Assembly: GCA_964490075.1 (NCBI GenBank)
Contig: CAZBBK010000029.1
Span: 383 to 64,382 of the forward strand
Source of the DNA: an uncultured Gemmatimonadota bacterium
Lineage (GTDB): Bacteria; GCA-2686955
Length of the DNA: 64,000 nt
Direction: 5' to 3'
Part shown: in pieces, positions 27,823-37,997 of the stretch
Layout of the letters: each line of letters starts with the position of its first letter
Position numbering within the stretch: position 1 is the first letter of the stretch
Position numbers and translations under genes: made by a program
Notes under the pieces: model-generated
The model's database searches: none
What the model was told of the DNA's origin: nothing
The model's input: only the letters and a program-made list of their open reading frames with translations

Positions 27823-29568
27823 ATGAGCAGCAGGTTGGCGGGGGGCCCCGTGTCCGATTCCCCGACGACATTCTCCGCACCACGGATTCGCAAGCCGCTG
27901 GGTGAGATCCTGGTGCAGCGTGGGCTGGTCAACCCGGCCCAGTTGGAGCGAGCGCTGGCGGTCCAAAGGGACCGGGGCGGCATGCTCGGCCGCGTGTTGG
28001 TCGATCTCGGCCTGATCTCCGATTCCCACTTGGCCGAAATCGTCGCCGAGCAGAGCGGTTTCGACTATCTCGAGCTCAGCGAGATCATCATCGACGGCGA
28101 GGTGGTGGAGATGGTGCCGGGAGAGATGGCCCGGCGCTACAACGTGCTGCCGATCGACATTCGCGACGGCCGCCTGGTGGTGGCGATGTCCGATCCGATG
28201 GACGTCCCGGCCCTGGACGAGCTGCGCATCGCCACCGGTCTCGAGGTCCATCCCTGCATCGCTTCCGAGGGTGCGATCGATCGCGCTCTGGTGCGTCACT
28301 ACGGGGACGAGAACGAATTCTCCCGTCTCTGCGGCGTGCTCGGCGACGAGGAAGAGGGCGAGGGGACATCTGCGGAAGGCGAGGAGATCGCCGAAGCCCC
28401 GGTGGTGAAGCTGGTCGACGTGATCCTCACCACCGCGCTGCGCCGCGGCGCCAGCGACATCCACCTGGAGCCGGAGCGCGACGAGCTGCGGGTGCGCCTG
28501 CGCATCGACGGCACCCTGCACGAGATCCCTTCGCCGCCGCGCCGCTACCGAGCGTCGCTCACCTCGCGCATCAAGATCATGGCCGGCATCGACATCTCGA
28601 AGGCCAGCGTGCCCCAGGACGGACGCTTCGAGATCGAGCTCGGGCGCACCCGAATCGGTGTCCGGGTCTCGACCTTCCCGACCATCTACGGCGAGAACCT
28701 GGTGCTGCGGCTGCTCGATCGCATCGGTGCCCGCCGCGGCCTCGAGCGGCTGGGGCTCGACGAGCAGGATTTGCAGGTGCTGCGCGCCGCCACCGGCCGC
28801 CCCCACGGACTGATCCTCATCACCGGGCCGACCGGCAGCGGCAAGACCGCCACCCTGTACTCCATCCTGCAGGCGATCAACTCTCCCGACAAGAACATCG
28901 CCACGCTCGAGGATCCGGTCGAGTATCCGCTGCCGATGATCCGCCAGGGACAGCTCAACCGCAAGGCGGGGCTCACCTTCGCGAGCGGGCTGCGGGCCAT
29001 CCTCCGGCAGGACCCCGACGTGATCATGGTCGGCGAGATTCGCGACGACGAGACCGCCGAGATCGCGGCCCACGCGGCGCTCACCGGCCACCTGGTGCTG
29101 TCGACGCTGCACTCCAACGACGCCGCTTCCGCCCCCGGGCGCCTGATCCAGATCGGCGTCGCGCCCTACCTGATCGCCACCACCCTGGTGGCGGTGGTGG
29201 CGCAACGCCTGGTGCGCTGCGTCTGTTCGGCCTGCGCGGTGGACGATCCCCTGAGCGCCGACGCCGCCCGCGAGCTGGAGCTCGATCCCGGCATTCGGGT
29301 GCGTCGCGGCAACGGCTGCGGCGAGTGCGACGGGGCCGGGACCTCGGGCCGCGAAGGGGCCTTCGAGGTGCTGCCGATCGACGACGATATTCGGCGCCTG
29401 ATCTTGCGCAAGGCCGATGGCAGCGCCCTGGCGGCGCTGGCGCAGACCAAGGGGATGCGCCGTCTGGAAGATGCGGTGCTGGCCAAGGCGCTCGCAGGGC
29501 GGGTGCCGCTCTCGGAATTCCTGCGGCTGCGTCTCGAGCACCGCATGCCCGAGGAGCGCAGGCGATGA
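27823..29568 (+). CDS. Type II secretion/type IV pilus assembly ATPase (GspE/PilB family)
   Basis: It has a GSPII_E N-terminal domain, Walker A GPTGSGKT, Asp/His boxes, and a tetracysteine cluster (CVCSAC...CGEC). Confidence 0.85.
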   Translation: MSSRLAGGPVSDSPTTFSAPRIRKPLGEILVQRGLVNPAQLERALAVQRDRGGMLGRVLVDLGLISDSHLAEIVAEQSGFDYLELSEIIIDGEVVEMVPGEMARRYNVLPIDIRDGRLVVAMSDPMDVPALDELRIATGLEVHPCIASEGAIDRALVRHYGDENEFSRLCGVLGDEEEGEGTSAEGEEIAEAPVVKLVDVILTTALRRGASDIHLEPERDELRVRLRIDGTLHEIPSPPRRYRASLTSRIKIMAGIDISKASVPQDGRFEIELGRTRIGVRVSTFPTIYGENLVLRLLDRIGARRGLERLGLDEQDLQVLRAATGRPHGLILITGPTGSGKTATLYSILQAINSPDKNIATLEDPVEYPLPMIRQGQLNRKAGLTFASGLRAILRQDPDVIMVGEIRDDETAEIAAHAALTGHLVLSTLHSNDAASAPGRLIQIGVAPYLIATTLVAVVAQRLVRCVCSACAVDDPLSADAARELELDPGIRVRRGNGCGECDGAGTSGREGAFEVLPIDDDIRRLILRKADGSALAALAQTKGMRRLEDAVLAKALAGRVPLSEFLRLRLEHRMPEERRR

Positions 29569-30785
29569 GCGCGGTCTCCACCTGGGAATACCAGGCCCTG
29601 GACGAGCGCCAGGAGGCGCTTTCCGGTGCGCTCGACGGCGCATCGGCCGACGACGTGGCGCTGCGCCTGGTGGAGATGGGACTCAGGCCCCTGGAGATCC
29701 GCCAACAGGATCCGAACGCCCTTCCGCAGCGTCTCGCCGCCCGCTTTGCGCGTCCCGATCACGCCGGCCTGCTGATGTTCACCCGCGTGCTGCGGGCGAT
29801 GCTCGCCTCGGGAATCCCCATCCAGGCCGCCCTGGCCACCATCGAGGCACAGGTCGCCGGCCAGAAGATCGCCCGGATGGTGCGCGATGTTCGTCTCTCG
29901 GTCGAAGGCGGGAGCCCGCTCTCCGGCGCACTCGCGGCGCGCGGGGCGGCGGTGCCGCGCATCTACTGGGAGATGGTCGCCGCCGGCGAGGAGGCGGGAC
30001 AGCTCGACGTGGTCCTGGCCTGGCTCGGACGCCTTCTCGAGCACGAGATCAAGATCCGGCGCACGGTGCGCACCGCGCTGCGCTATCCGGCGATGGTGCT
30101 GGGAGCGGTCGGACTCGCCTCCCTGGTGGTGCTGACCTTCGTCGTGCCCCGCTTCACCAGTCTCTTCGCCACCATGGGGGCCGATCTTCCCTTGCCGACC
30201 CAGGTGTTGATGGCGGCCGGGGCGCTGATCTCCGATCACCCGCTGGCGCTCTTGATGGGACTGGGCGGCGTGCCGGCGGCTTTCGCCTGGGCACGATCGA
30301 CACGCCTGGGCAAGTGGTACATCGCGCGCGCGGTGCTCGAGATCCCGGTGATCGGAATGGTGGTCGCACAGCTCGAGCTGTCGCGAGTGTCGTTCATTCT
30401 CGAGGTGCTCTTTCGGAGCGGCATTCCCACGGTTCGTGCGGTGGAGCTGGCCGGTCGCACCGCGACCAATCCGGTGATCGAGGCGGAGTTGGCGCAGGTC
30501 GCGCAGGATATCGCCGAAGGGCGAGGCCTGGGTGGATCGTTCGCCGCAAGCAACAGATTTCCTCCGGTGTTCGTGCAGCTGCTGGCGGTTGGCGAAGCAT
30601 CGGGATCGCTCGAAACAATGTTGGCTGATGCGCGCCAGTTCCTCGAAGACGAGGCCGAGGTCAGCGTCAGCAATCTGACGGCGTTGGTCGAGCCCGTGCT
30701 CACGGTGCTCGTCGCGGCGCTGGTGGTCGGCCTGGCGCTGGCCATCTTCCTACCCATGTGGAACATGCCGGGACACATGCTTTGA
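29565..30785 (+). CDS. Inner-membrane platform protein (GspF/PilC family)
   Basis: It has two GspF repeats and three TM helices. Its ATG overlaps the gspE stop (ATGA) and is preceded by GAGGAG. Confidence 0.8.
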   Translation: MSAVSTWEYQALDERQEALSGALDGASADDVALRLVEMGLRPLEIRQQDPNALPQRLAARFARPDHAGLLMFTRVLRAMLASGIPIQAALATIEAQVAGQKIARMVRDVRLSVEGGSPLSGALAARGAAVPRIYWEMVAAGEEAGQLDVVLAWLGRLLEHEIKIRRTVRTALRYPAMVLGAVGLASLVVLTFVVPRFTSLFATMGADLPLPTQVLMAAGALISDHPLALLMGLGGVPAAFAWARSTRLGKWYIARAVLEIPVIGMVVAQLELSRVSFILEVLFRSGIPTVRAVELAGRTATNPVIEAELAQVAQDIAEGRGLGGSFAASNRFPPVFVQLLAVGEASGSLETMLADARQFLEDEAEVSVSNLTALVEPVLTVLVAALVVGLALAIFLPMWNMPGHML

Positions 30786-30808
30786 CCCGGTCTTTCGAAG
30801 GAGTTGTC

Positions 30809-31273
30809 ATGTCGATTCAGAAGATTCGCGATGCCCTGGAGACGCGCCGTCGCCTGCGTGCCCGCGCCGAAGCCGGCTTCACCCTGGTGGAGTTGGTGGT
30901 GGTGGTGGCGGTCCTCGGCCTGCTGGCCGCGGTGGCCATTCCGAAGTATCAGAACATCACCGCCGAGGCCAAGCTCTCGGCCTGCGAGGGGGCTCTGGGC
31001 GGGCTGCGCTCCGGAGTGGCGCTCTTCTACGCCAACTCCGCGGTCACCAATTCCGGATCGGCCTCCTGGCCCAGTCTGGTCGAGCTGCAAGCGGTCGGGA
31101 CGGTGATGATGCAAGAGATCCCCGCCAATCCTTATGCTGGTGACTACGGATCGGTGATCGTTGCCGGCACCACCCGCGGCGTGGTGGTCGAAGCCGATGC
31201 CGGGTGGGCGTACAATGCGACCAGCGGGGAGATCTGGCCCAACACCGACGATGCGGGCGAGAACGAGCTCTAG
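30809..31273 (+). CDS. Type IV pilin / pseudopilin (major subunit candidate) with an unusually long basic leader
   Basis: The leader plus prepilin motif reads MSIQKIRDALETRRRLRARAEAG-FTLVELVVVVAVLGLLAAVAIP. The predicted cleavage is after Gly with Glu at +5. A GAAGGAG lies 5 nt before the ATG. Confidence 0.75.
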   Translation: MSIQKIRDALETRRRLRARAEAGFTLVELVVVVAVLGLLAAVAIPKYQNITAEAKLSACEGALGGLRSGVALFYANSAVTNSGSASWPSLVELQAVGTVMMQEIPANPYAGDYGSVIVAGTTRGVVVEADAGWAYNATSGEIWPNTDDAGENEL

Positions 31274-31440
31274 CTAGGCCACCGGCAGTCCCGAGGGCCG
31301 GTCGCAAGAGGCGCTCCCCAAGTGTCGCTATCGCCTGGCGGCGAGTCGCGAGGCGAGCACCGGTGGGAAGCGGAGGGAGTGCCCTTGCGGCGCTGCTCGG
31401 GACTGGTCGGGATCGCGTGGAGTCCACTGTCGAGTTCCAG

Positions 31441-32988
31441 ATGATGCTGATCAGAACACCGATGCGCAAGCTGCGCACGATGCTCGCCAGACCGCAAGCG
31501 GTCGAGATCGCGCAGCGGATTCGCGAGATCGTGAGCATCGATTTGCCCCGTGGATCGAGCTGGACCGGGGGGCTCGGCGAGCTGGCCCAGCGCCGCTCGT
31601 CGATGCGCTTCGGATTGTGCACCGACGGTGGCCCGGAGGCGGTGACGCTGCGGCGCGGCGTCGATGGCGACACACTGGGCGCGGCGGGACAGTGGGACTC
31701 GGAAGGCGGAGCGCGCTGGCCGCAGGGGGGACGCGCGGCCCCCAGGGGCGTGCACGTGGTCGTCACGGGCTCCGGGATGATCACTCGCAGCACGCGGATC
31801 GCGAGCGGCGTGCGGGGCAATCCAGCGGCCACCGCGCGCTGGGAGATCCTCAGCCAGCTCAAACATCGCAACAAGCGTTTGCCGATCCTGGTGCGCCGGG
31901 AAGAGGACCAGGAGGATCGTTGGACCGCGGTGGCGGTTCCGCGGTCGACGCTGGATGCCGGCGCCCTGCGGTGCCGGGGTCTGAACGCGGTGGAGTACAC
32001 CTTCGCGCCCTTCGCCGCGGCGGCCCTCTCGACTCGGGAGCACCGCGTCCGCGGCGTGGAGCCGCCGGTCGAGCTGGTGCTGCACGTGACCGGCGAGTGG
32101 GCGGTGCTCGGCATCGGTCGCGGCGGGGCACTGGAGATCGTACGCGAGGTCCCGGCGCTGGCACGGCAAGGTTGGACCGAAGAGGGCCTCGGGGATGTGG
32201 TTCGCACCCTGGAGTTCTATCGCTTTCGGATGCGTGGCGACGACATCGCCCGCGTGGTGGTCAGCAAGGAGGATCTGCGCGAGCAGGAGCGGTCCCAGCT
32301 GGAGCGGAGCTTCGCGCGCCCAGTGGTCGACGTCCGCGAGCTGGCATCGAAGGTGATCGGTGAGGCGGTTCCGAGCTCGGCCCGAGCGCTGGCGATCGGA
32401 GCGGCCCTGGCGCCGGGATTCAGAGCGATCGACGAAAGTGTCGCGGCGGCGGGACGGGGCGGCGGCAGGTCCGAGCTGAAGAGGGTGCGCCGCGCGGCGA
32501 TGTTGGCGGCCCTGCCTCTGGCACTGCTCTTGGTGGGCGGCCACCAGTGGAGCCGGGGCAGCCGCGCGAGCGAATCCGCCGCGGCGGTGGAGGCGCGCAT
32601 CGCCAGCATCGAGAGTCGGATCGCGGCCCTGGCCGTGGTGCCGCCGGCACCGGCTCCGGAGCAGCCCGCGCGCCCGCCCGACGCGCTCGACGCCGTGATG
32701 CGGGTCGCGGCCTCGATCCCGGCCGAGATGGTGGCGCAGGAGATCTCCTGCATCTCGGCGACCAACGGCCCGGTCGATGTCGCACCCACGCGCCTCGATC
32801 TGCGCCTTTCGCTGGCCGGGGAAGAACCCGAGACGGCGCTGCGCGCGCTCGATCACTACTTCGACCTTCACGCGGCGGTCGCCGGCTGGAGCTTGCGCTC
32901 CGATCCCGTCGTCGAAGAGACCATGATGGCCGGTGCTCCGGCGATCGATCTGCGGGTCTCCTTCGACACCACCGTGGAGGGACTCTGA
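31441..32988 (+). CDS. GspL-like / PilM-PilN-like bitopic assembly protein
   Basis: It has a ~430-aa cytoplasmic region, one TM helix (AAMLAALPLALLLVGG), and a periplasmic coiled-coil plus ferredoxin-like domain. The start codon is uncertain. Confidence 0.4.
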   Translation: MMLIRTPMRKLRTMLARPQAVEIAQRIREIVSIDLPRGSSWTGGLGELAQRRSSMRFGLCTDGGPEAVTLRRGVDGDTLGAAGQWDSEGGARWPQGGRAAPRGVHVVVTGSGMITRSTRIASGVRGNPAATARWEILSQLKHRNKRLPILVRREEDQEDRWTAVAVPRSTLDAGALRCRGLNAVEYTFAPFAAAALSTREHRVRGVEPPVELVLHVTGEWAVLGIGRGGALEIVREVPALARQGWTEEGLGDVVRTLEFYRFRMRGDDIARVVVSKEDLREQERSQLERSFARPVVDVRELASKVIGEAVPSSARALAIGAALAPGFRAIDESVAAAGRGGGRSELKRVRRAAMLAALPLALLLVGGHQWSRGSRASESAAAVEARIASIESRIAALAVVPPAPAPEQPARPPDALDAVMRVAASIPAEMVAQEISCISATNGPVDVAPTRLDLRLSLAGEEPETALRALDHYFDLHAAVAGWSLRSDPVVEETMMAGAPAIDLRVSFDTTVEGL

Positions 32989-32990
32989 TC

Positions 32991-33626
32991 GTGCTCGCAA
33001 GGCTGTCGTTACGAGAGCGCGCCGCGTTGGCTCTGCTCCTGATGCTGGCGTTCTTCACCGCGCTGGAGATGCTCTACGTCGCGCCGCAGGAAGAGCGGAT
33101 CGCGCGCGCCGAGCGGCGCCTGGGATCGGCCGAGGCCGCCCTGGAGCGTGAGATGGCCAAGGCACAGGCCCGCGCCCTGCTGCCTGACGACGTGCTGCCG
33201 ATGGTGTCGCGTCTGCCCGAGATCGACCGTACCCTGCGCATCGACCGTCTGCCCCATGCCGTGCTCAAGCTGACTCTGGAGGCGCGCCGCCGGGGTCTCG
33301 AGATCGACACGGTGGAGCCGCACTATCTCGAGGTATTCCGCGCCCTGCGCGGTCGTGAGGAAGCCGTCGCGGTGCGCATCGATGCGGTCGGCCGCTGGGA
33401 CCTGCTGCGGGAATACGCCGAGTGGTTGCGCCTCGCTCCGGGCGTGCGTGGCTTCCGCCGGCTGGCGTTTCGCCGCGAGGAGCGCCTGGTCCCACGCATC
33501 AAGATGGAAGCGACATTCGTGCTGGCGGTCGATCCGCAGCTCGCGAAACCACCCGAAGAGGCGACGATCGCCGGCGCGGGGCGCGTCGCCGGTCGATCCC
33601 CCGCTGCGGAGGACCCATCGCTATGA
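32991..33626 (+). CDS. GspM/PilO-like bitopic assembly protein
   Basis: The GTG start lies 2 nt after the upstream stop. It has one TM helix (LALLLMLAFFTALEMLYV) followed by a coiled coil and a small periplasmic domain. Confidence 0.4.
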   Translation: MLARLSLRERAALALLLMLAFFTALEMLYVAPQEERIARAERRLGSAEAALEREMAKAQARALLPDDVLPMVSRLPEIDRTLRIDRLPHAVLKLTLEARRRGLEIDTVEPHYLEVFRALRGREEAVAVRIDAVGRWDLLREYAEWLRLAPGVRGFRRLAFRREERLVPRIKMEATFVLAVDPQLAKPPEEATIAGAGRVAGRSPAAEDPSL

Positions 33627-33994
33627 GTGCACCGAGATCGATCGCAGGGGGCCTGACGGCCATCTGCCTGGGCGCGTCCCTGGCGGCGGCTGCCGCCGGC
33701 GTCGACGCTCCGCAGCTCCGCGCCCGGGACCCCTTCTTGCTCCCGGCCGAGCAGGGCATGGCCCAGCAGGCAACGAAGCAGAGCGACTCCGCGAAGGTCC
33801 GCGTGGAGCGTCCACCCGCGATCGTCGGCTGGGTGCGCAGCGGCGAGGATCTGCGCGCGCTGACTCGCGGCGGCGCGATCGTGCGCCGGGGTGGGACGAT
33901 TTCCGGATGGACCTTGCTCGGCGAGAGCGCCGGTGTACTGACCCTGCAGAAGGGCGATCGCAAGGTCGCGTTGCGCCTGGAGGACAAGAAATGA
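33623..33994 (+). CDS. Small periplasmic pilus/secretion assembly protein (PilP/GspC-like candidate)
   Basis: It has ATGA overlaps on both sides. A signal/TM segment (IAGGLTAICLGASLAAAAAG) is followed by a small domain of ~90 aa. Confidence 0.3.
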   Translation: MSAPRSIAGGLTAICLGASLAAAAAGVDAPQLRARDPFLLPAEQGMAQQATKQSDSAKVRVERPPAIVGWVRSGEDLRALTRGGAIVRRGGTISGWTLLGESAGVLTLQKGDRKVALRLEDKK

Positions 33995-35280
33995 AGCGCA
34001 GCACGAGCCGGGTGTTCCGGCGATCGGTCGTTTTGGCGCTGACGATCTTGGCGAGCGCCGCCGCGCTGCCCGACGCCTTGGCCGCGACACCAGCCACCGG
34101 CGGCCAGACCGTCGACCTCGAGCTGCGCAACGCCGCACTGCGCGACGTGCTGCAGCTCCTGGCGGTGCAGGCCGGGTTCGATGTGGTGCTCGATCAGGAC
34201 CTGGAAGGTCGATTGTCGCTCAGTCTGAGCGACACTCCGGTCATGGGCGCATTCGACGCGGTGCTGCGGTCTCACGGCCTGGACTACACCCGCGAGGGAG
34301 AGGTGATCGTCGTTCGACCGCGCGCCGAGCTGCTCCCCGGTGATGCCGCGTCGCGGGTCTTCCAGTTGCGCTACGCCGACGCCGGGGCGGTCGCCGAGGC
34401 GCTGGCGTCGACCCTCTCCGAGCTCGGCAAGGTGCACGTGCTGCGCGAGGGCCCCCCTGCCCGCAACGCGGCATCGACCAGCCGCTCCCGGACTCTGCTG
34501 GTGAGCGACACGCCGCGCATCCTGGACCGGGTGGCGGCGATCGTCGAGCAGCTCGACCTGCCGCGCAGACAGATCGAGATCGAGGTGCGTTTCGTGGAGA
34601 CCTCGCTCGACAGCGGTCACGATCTGGGCCTGAAATGGGACAACGCCATTTCCTTCGCGGCCGGAGACAGCACGGGGAACGCGAGCATCATGAAGAACAT
34701 CGCGCCGACCAGTGGATTCACCTTCGGCACCCTCTCCGTAGGCGAGCTGGCCGGCACGCTGGAGTTCCTGGCCGAGAGCGGCAGCGCCAACCTGCTCTCC
34801 CATCCCCGGGTACTGGTTCGCGACAACACCGAAGCCCGGATCTCCAGTGGCACCACCATTCCGATCGCGACCATCAACCGCTTCAGCGGCACCGGCGGGC
34901 AGACCCAGGATATCGTCACCTTCCAGGATCGCGACGTGGCGATCGAGCTGGTGGTCACGCCCTGGGTCAACGAGGACGAGCGGGTGACGGTGCGCGTGCA
35001 TCCGCGCGTAGAGGAGATCACCGGCTGGACCGGTCCCCCCGATCAACAGCAGCCGATCACCTCCAAGCGAGAGGTCGAAACCGAGCTGACGGTGGCCAGC
35101 GGCGAGACCATCGCGATGGGGGGTTTGGTGAAGGAGAACGAGCTCGAAACCGTGAAGAAGACCTGGCTCTTGGGTGATATTCCGATCCTGGGTCACCTGT
35201 TTCGCCACACCAGCGTGCAACGCACCAAGACCAATCTGGTGATCTTCATCACTCCGCGACTGCTGGAAGAGACGCTTTGA
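33991..35280 (+). CDS. Secretin (GspD/PilQ family, short form)
   Basis: There is a signal peptide, a secretin N domain, and a C-terminal secretin domain (VRFVETSLD...LLGDIPILGHLF...NLVIFITPRLL). A GGAGG precedes the ATG. Confidence 0.8.
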   Translation: MKRSTSRVFRRSVVLALTILASAAALPDALAATPATGGQTVDLELRNAALRDVLQLLAVQAGFDVVLDQDLEGRLSLSLSDTPVMGAFDAVLRSHGLDYTREGEVIVVRPRAELLPGDAASRVFQLRYADAGAVAEALASTLSELGKVHVLREGPPARNAASTSRSRTLLVSDTPRILDRVAAIVEQLDLPRRQIEIEVRFVETSLDSGHDLGLKWDNAISFAAGDSTGNASIMKNIAPTSGFTFGTLSVGELAGTLEFLAESGSANLLSHPRVLVRDNTEARISSGTTIPIATINRFSGTGGQTQDIVTFQDRDVAIELVVTPWVNEDERVTVRVHPRVEEITGWTGPPDQQQPITSKREVETELTVASGETIAMGGLVKENELETVKKTWLLGDIPILGHLFRHTSVQRTKTNLVIFITPRLLEETL

Positions 35281-36260
35281 GCAGCTCGGCGCGAAGTGTC
35301 GCGGCGGAGCTTCACGATCTGGTGATGGCGGCGGCCGATGTGGGAGCATCGGATCTGCATCTGCGCGGCGGTGGGGCGCCGATCGTGCGCGTCGACGGGA
35401 CGCTGGCAGAGCTTCATTCCACCGCTCTGGAGCGAGCCGAGGTCGCATCACTGGTCCTCGCTCTGGGCGCCGAGCGAGGCCCGGAGCCGGAGCGAGAGGA
35501 CGGCACTTTCGACCTGGCGCTCAACCTCGAGGGCGGGCTGCGCCTGCGGGTGCACGTCTACGAGACTCGCCGCGGGGCGGCGATCGCCGTGCGCCTGCTG
35601 CCGGGACGAATTCCCACCTTGACCGAATGCGGCTTGCCTCCCGAGGTGGCCGCACTGTCGGAGGTGCGGCGCGGATTGGTGGCGGTGTGCGGCGTGACCG
35701 GCAGCGGGAAGTCGACGACCATCGCCGCCCTGGTCGATCAGGCCCGCGCCGACCGCGCGCTGCACGTGGTGACCATCGAGGACCCGATCGAATATGTCTA
35801 CGACTCGCGGCACGGCTTGGTCGGCCAGCGCGAGGTGGGGCGCCACACGCCGGATTTCGCCCAGGCTCTGAAACACGCCCTGCGCGCCGATCCCGACGTG
35901 ATCGTGGTGGGGGAGCTGCGCGATCCCGAGTCGATCGAGCTGGCGCTGATCGCCGCCGAAACCGGTCACGTGGTCTTCGCCTCGGTGCACGCCGGCAGCA
36001 CCGGCGGGGCCGTGGATCGCCTGGTGCACGCGCTGCCGGCGGGGCGCTGGAGCTGCATTCGATCCCAGATCGCCGCGGTGCTGGAAGGCGTCGTCTACCA
36101 GGAGCTGGTGGCGCTGGAGAACCAGCCGGGGCGGCGGGTGGCATGCGAGGTCCTGCGGGCCACACCGGCGGTGCGGCAGATGATCCGCGAGGGCAAGACC
36201 CACCAGATCCCATCGGTGATCGAGGTCTCGTCGGAAGCCGGCATGCGCCCGCTCGGATAG
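35277..36260 (+). CDS. pilT: Twitching-motility/retraction ATPase of the PilT/PilU family
   Basis: GASDLHL, Walker A GVTGSGKSTT, IEDPIEY and VGELRD are all present. The size is ~327 aa with no GspE N-terminal domain. The start is TTG/GTG overlapping the secretin stop. Confidence 0.8.
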   Translation: MSSSARSVAAELHDLVMAAADVGASDLHLRGGGAPIVRVDGTLAELHSTALERAEVASLVLALGAERGPEPEREDGTFDLALNLEGGLRLRVHVYETRRGAAIAVRLLPGRIPTLTECGLPPEVAALSEVRRGLVAVCGVTGSGKSTTIAALVDQARADRALHVVTIEDPIEYVYDSRHGLVGQREVGRHTPDFAQALKHALRADPDVIVVGELRDPESIELALIAAETGHVVFASVHAGSTGGAVDRLVHALPAGRWSCIRSQIAAVLEGVVYQELVALENQPGRRVACEVLRATPAVRQMIREGKTHQIPSVIEVSSEAGMRPLG

Positions 36261-36333
36261 CCGACGGCTCCCCTCCGCGCCCCGTGCTACGCTTGGACCT
36301 TCGCAGTGCCACCGCGACCCTGGAGACCCACTG

Positions 36334-36825
36334 ATGACCGAGATCGACCCGGAGCCGGGAACCCTCGAAACCGACCGCATCGAGGTCCGCGCGCTGCAGC
36401 CGAGCGACCTGGATTGGGTGATTCGAATCGACCAGGAGCGCACCGGTCGCGCCCGGAGCGAGTACTACCGGGTCAAGTTTCACGAGGCGGAAAGCGATAC
36501 CGGAGTGCGCATCTCGCTGGCCGCCACGATCGACTCCGACCCGGCGGGCTTCCTCATGGGGCGCCTCTACTACGGAGAGTTCGGGCTGCCCGAAGCGGTC
36601 GCGGTGCTCGATTCGATCGGCGTGGTGCGCGCTCACGGTGGCAAGCAGGTCGGTCGCGCGCTGATGCGCCAGCTCTCGATGAACCTGGCGGCGCTGCGCA
36701 TCGAGAAGGTGCAGACCCAGGTGGAGTGGGACGATGCCGAGCTGATCGGCTTCTTCCGGCACTTCGGCTTCCGCCCCGCCTCGCGCCTCTGCCTGGAGAT
36801 GTCGGTCGAGCCCCCCAACGAGTGA
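36334..36825 (+). CDS. GNAT-family N-acetyltransferase
   Basis: The acetyl-CoA binding motif is VVRAHGGKQVGRALMRQL (Q/RxxGxG/A), within a ~160-aa protein. Confidence 0.7.
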   Translation: MTEIDPEPGTLETDRIEVRALQPSDLDWVIRIDQERTGRARSEYYRVKFHEAESDTGVRISLAATIDSDPAGFLMGRLYYGEFGLPEAVAVLDSIGVVRAHGGKQVGRALMRQLSMNLAALRIEKVQTQVEWDDAELIGFFRHFGFRPASRLCLEMSVEPPNE

Positions 36826-36827
36826 GG

Positions 36828-37997
36828 CTACTGCCCGATCCCGGTGGTCCCGAAGGACATCGTCGAGCCATCGCTGAAGTCGAGCTCGAACTCGACGCCA
36901 CGCATGTCGACCGGATCCCCATGGTAGTTGGGACGGTTGCGGAAATGCTCGATCTTGATCTCCACGTTCGAGCCGGCGCGGATCACCGGGAACACACCCC
37001 GCACCGCCTCTCCGGAGCCGTAGCGGGCCTGCGGTGAGTTGGCGACCAGAGTAGCGTCGACGGTCACCCGTTGGAAATACGCGGTTTTCTCGTAGCTGCA
37101 GACGAGGTAGTCGAGCTCGATGTCGATCTCGCTGGTGTTGAGCACCCGGAACACCAGTTTGTTGTTCTGAGGACCGGTGATCAGCGCGCTTCCTTCGACG
37201 TACTCCAGCGCGGTCAAGCCCGATCCGCCCTGTGAGGGCCAGGTGAACCCGAAGAGCAGATCCTGATGCGTGGCCCGTCCGGGATACACGGTCAGGTCGA
37301 CAGAAACAGTGTCGCTCAGAAGGCCCTGCTCGAGTGCAGCGTACACTGTATGTCGACCGATCGGAACCTCTGAGTCGAAAGTGTAGCGTCCGGAAGGATC
37401 GACATCGACCGCCGACAGGAGCTCGGAACCGACGCCGTCCGGATAGCTCATCCAGACCGACAGATTGACGTAGGAGTATCCGGGGGGCGAAGCGGCGGCG
37501 TCGCGCAGCGTGCCCGTGACGGTGTTGTAGAGCAGCGCCGCCTCGTTCGACGCCAGCATCAGCGTCAGCTCCTCTCCCTCGGCGCCGCCTTCGCTCGAGA
37601 GCATGGTGCCCGCATAGCCATAGTCGTCGCCCCAGGCGTCGCGCGCGTGACCGTACTGATCCTCCTCGAAGCGCGCGAGATAGGGTCCCCCCCAGGTCGC
37701 CAGACCGGGGTGCTCCACCAGGTCGTCGAGGGTGGAGGGCAGCGCGCCGATATCGCCGACATACCCGAAGTCGATGCGCGAGCCGCCCTCGATCAGCCGC
37801 GCGTCGCCGACGATGGCGCGCGCGATTTCCTCCATCTCCGCGGCGGTCGCTTCGAAGCGCTTGCGATCCAGCGAAGGCTGCATGGTGCGCAGCGCGGTGC
37901 CGGCGAAGATCGAGATCATCACCATCACCAGCAGCACCTCGATGAGGGTGAAGCCGCCGCCGGAGCACGGCGCGTCAGAACGACATCTGGATGACAT
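36828..37997 (-). CDS. Large pseudopilin/minor pilin with a prepilin N-terminus and a GspG-like motif
   Basis: The N-terminus reads MSSRCRSDAPCSGGG-FTLIEVLLVMVMISIFAG. WGGPYLARFEEDQYGHARDAWGDDYGY resembles the GspG PW-GNPY signature. It is 389 aa. Confidence 0.6.
   Translation of the reverse strand: MSSRCRSDAPCSGGGFTLIEVLLVMVMISIFAGTALRTMQPSLDRKRFEATAAEMEEIARAIVGDARLIEGGSRIDFGYVGDIGALPSTLDDLVEHPGLATWGGPYLARFEEDQYGHARDAWGDDYGYAGTMLSSEGGAEGEELTLMLASNEAALLYNTVTGTLRDAAASPPGYSYVNLSVWMSYPDGVGSELLSAVDVDPSGRYTFDSEVPIGRHTVYAALEQGLLSDTVSVDLTVYPGRATHQDLLFGFTWPSQGGSGLTALEYVEGSALITGPQNNKLVFRVLNTSEIDIELDYLVCSYEKTAYFQRVTVDATLVANSPQARYGSGEAVRGVFPVIRAGSNVEIKIEHFRNRPNYHGDPVDMRGVEFELDFSDGSTMSFGTTGIGQ

Noticed and set aside
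31204-31440. N-terminal 79-aa extension of the GspL-like ORF
   Set aside because: It is Arg-rich and overlaps the pilin gene 3' end. The first plausible start is the ATG at 31441.
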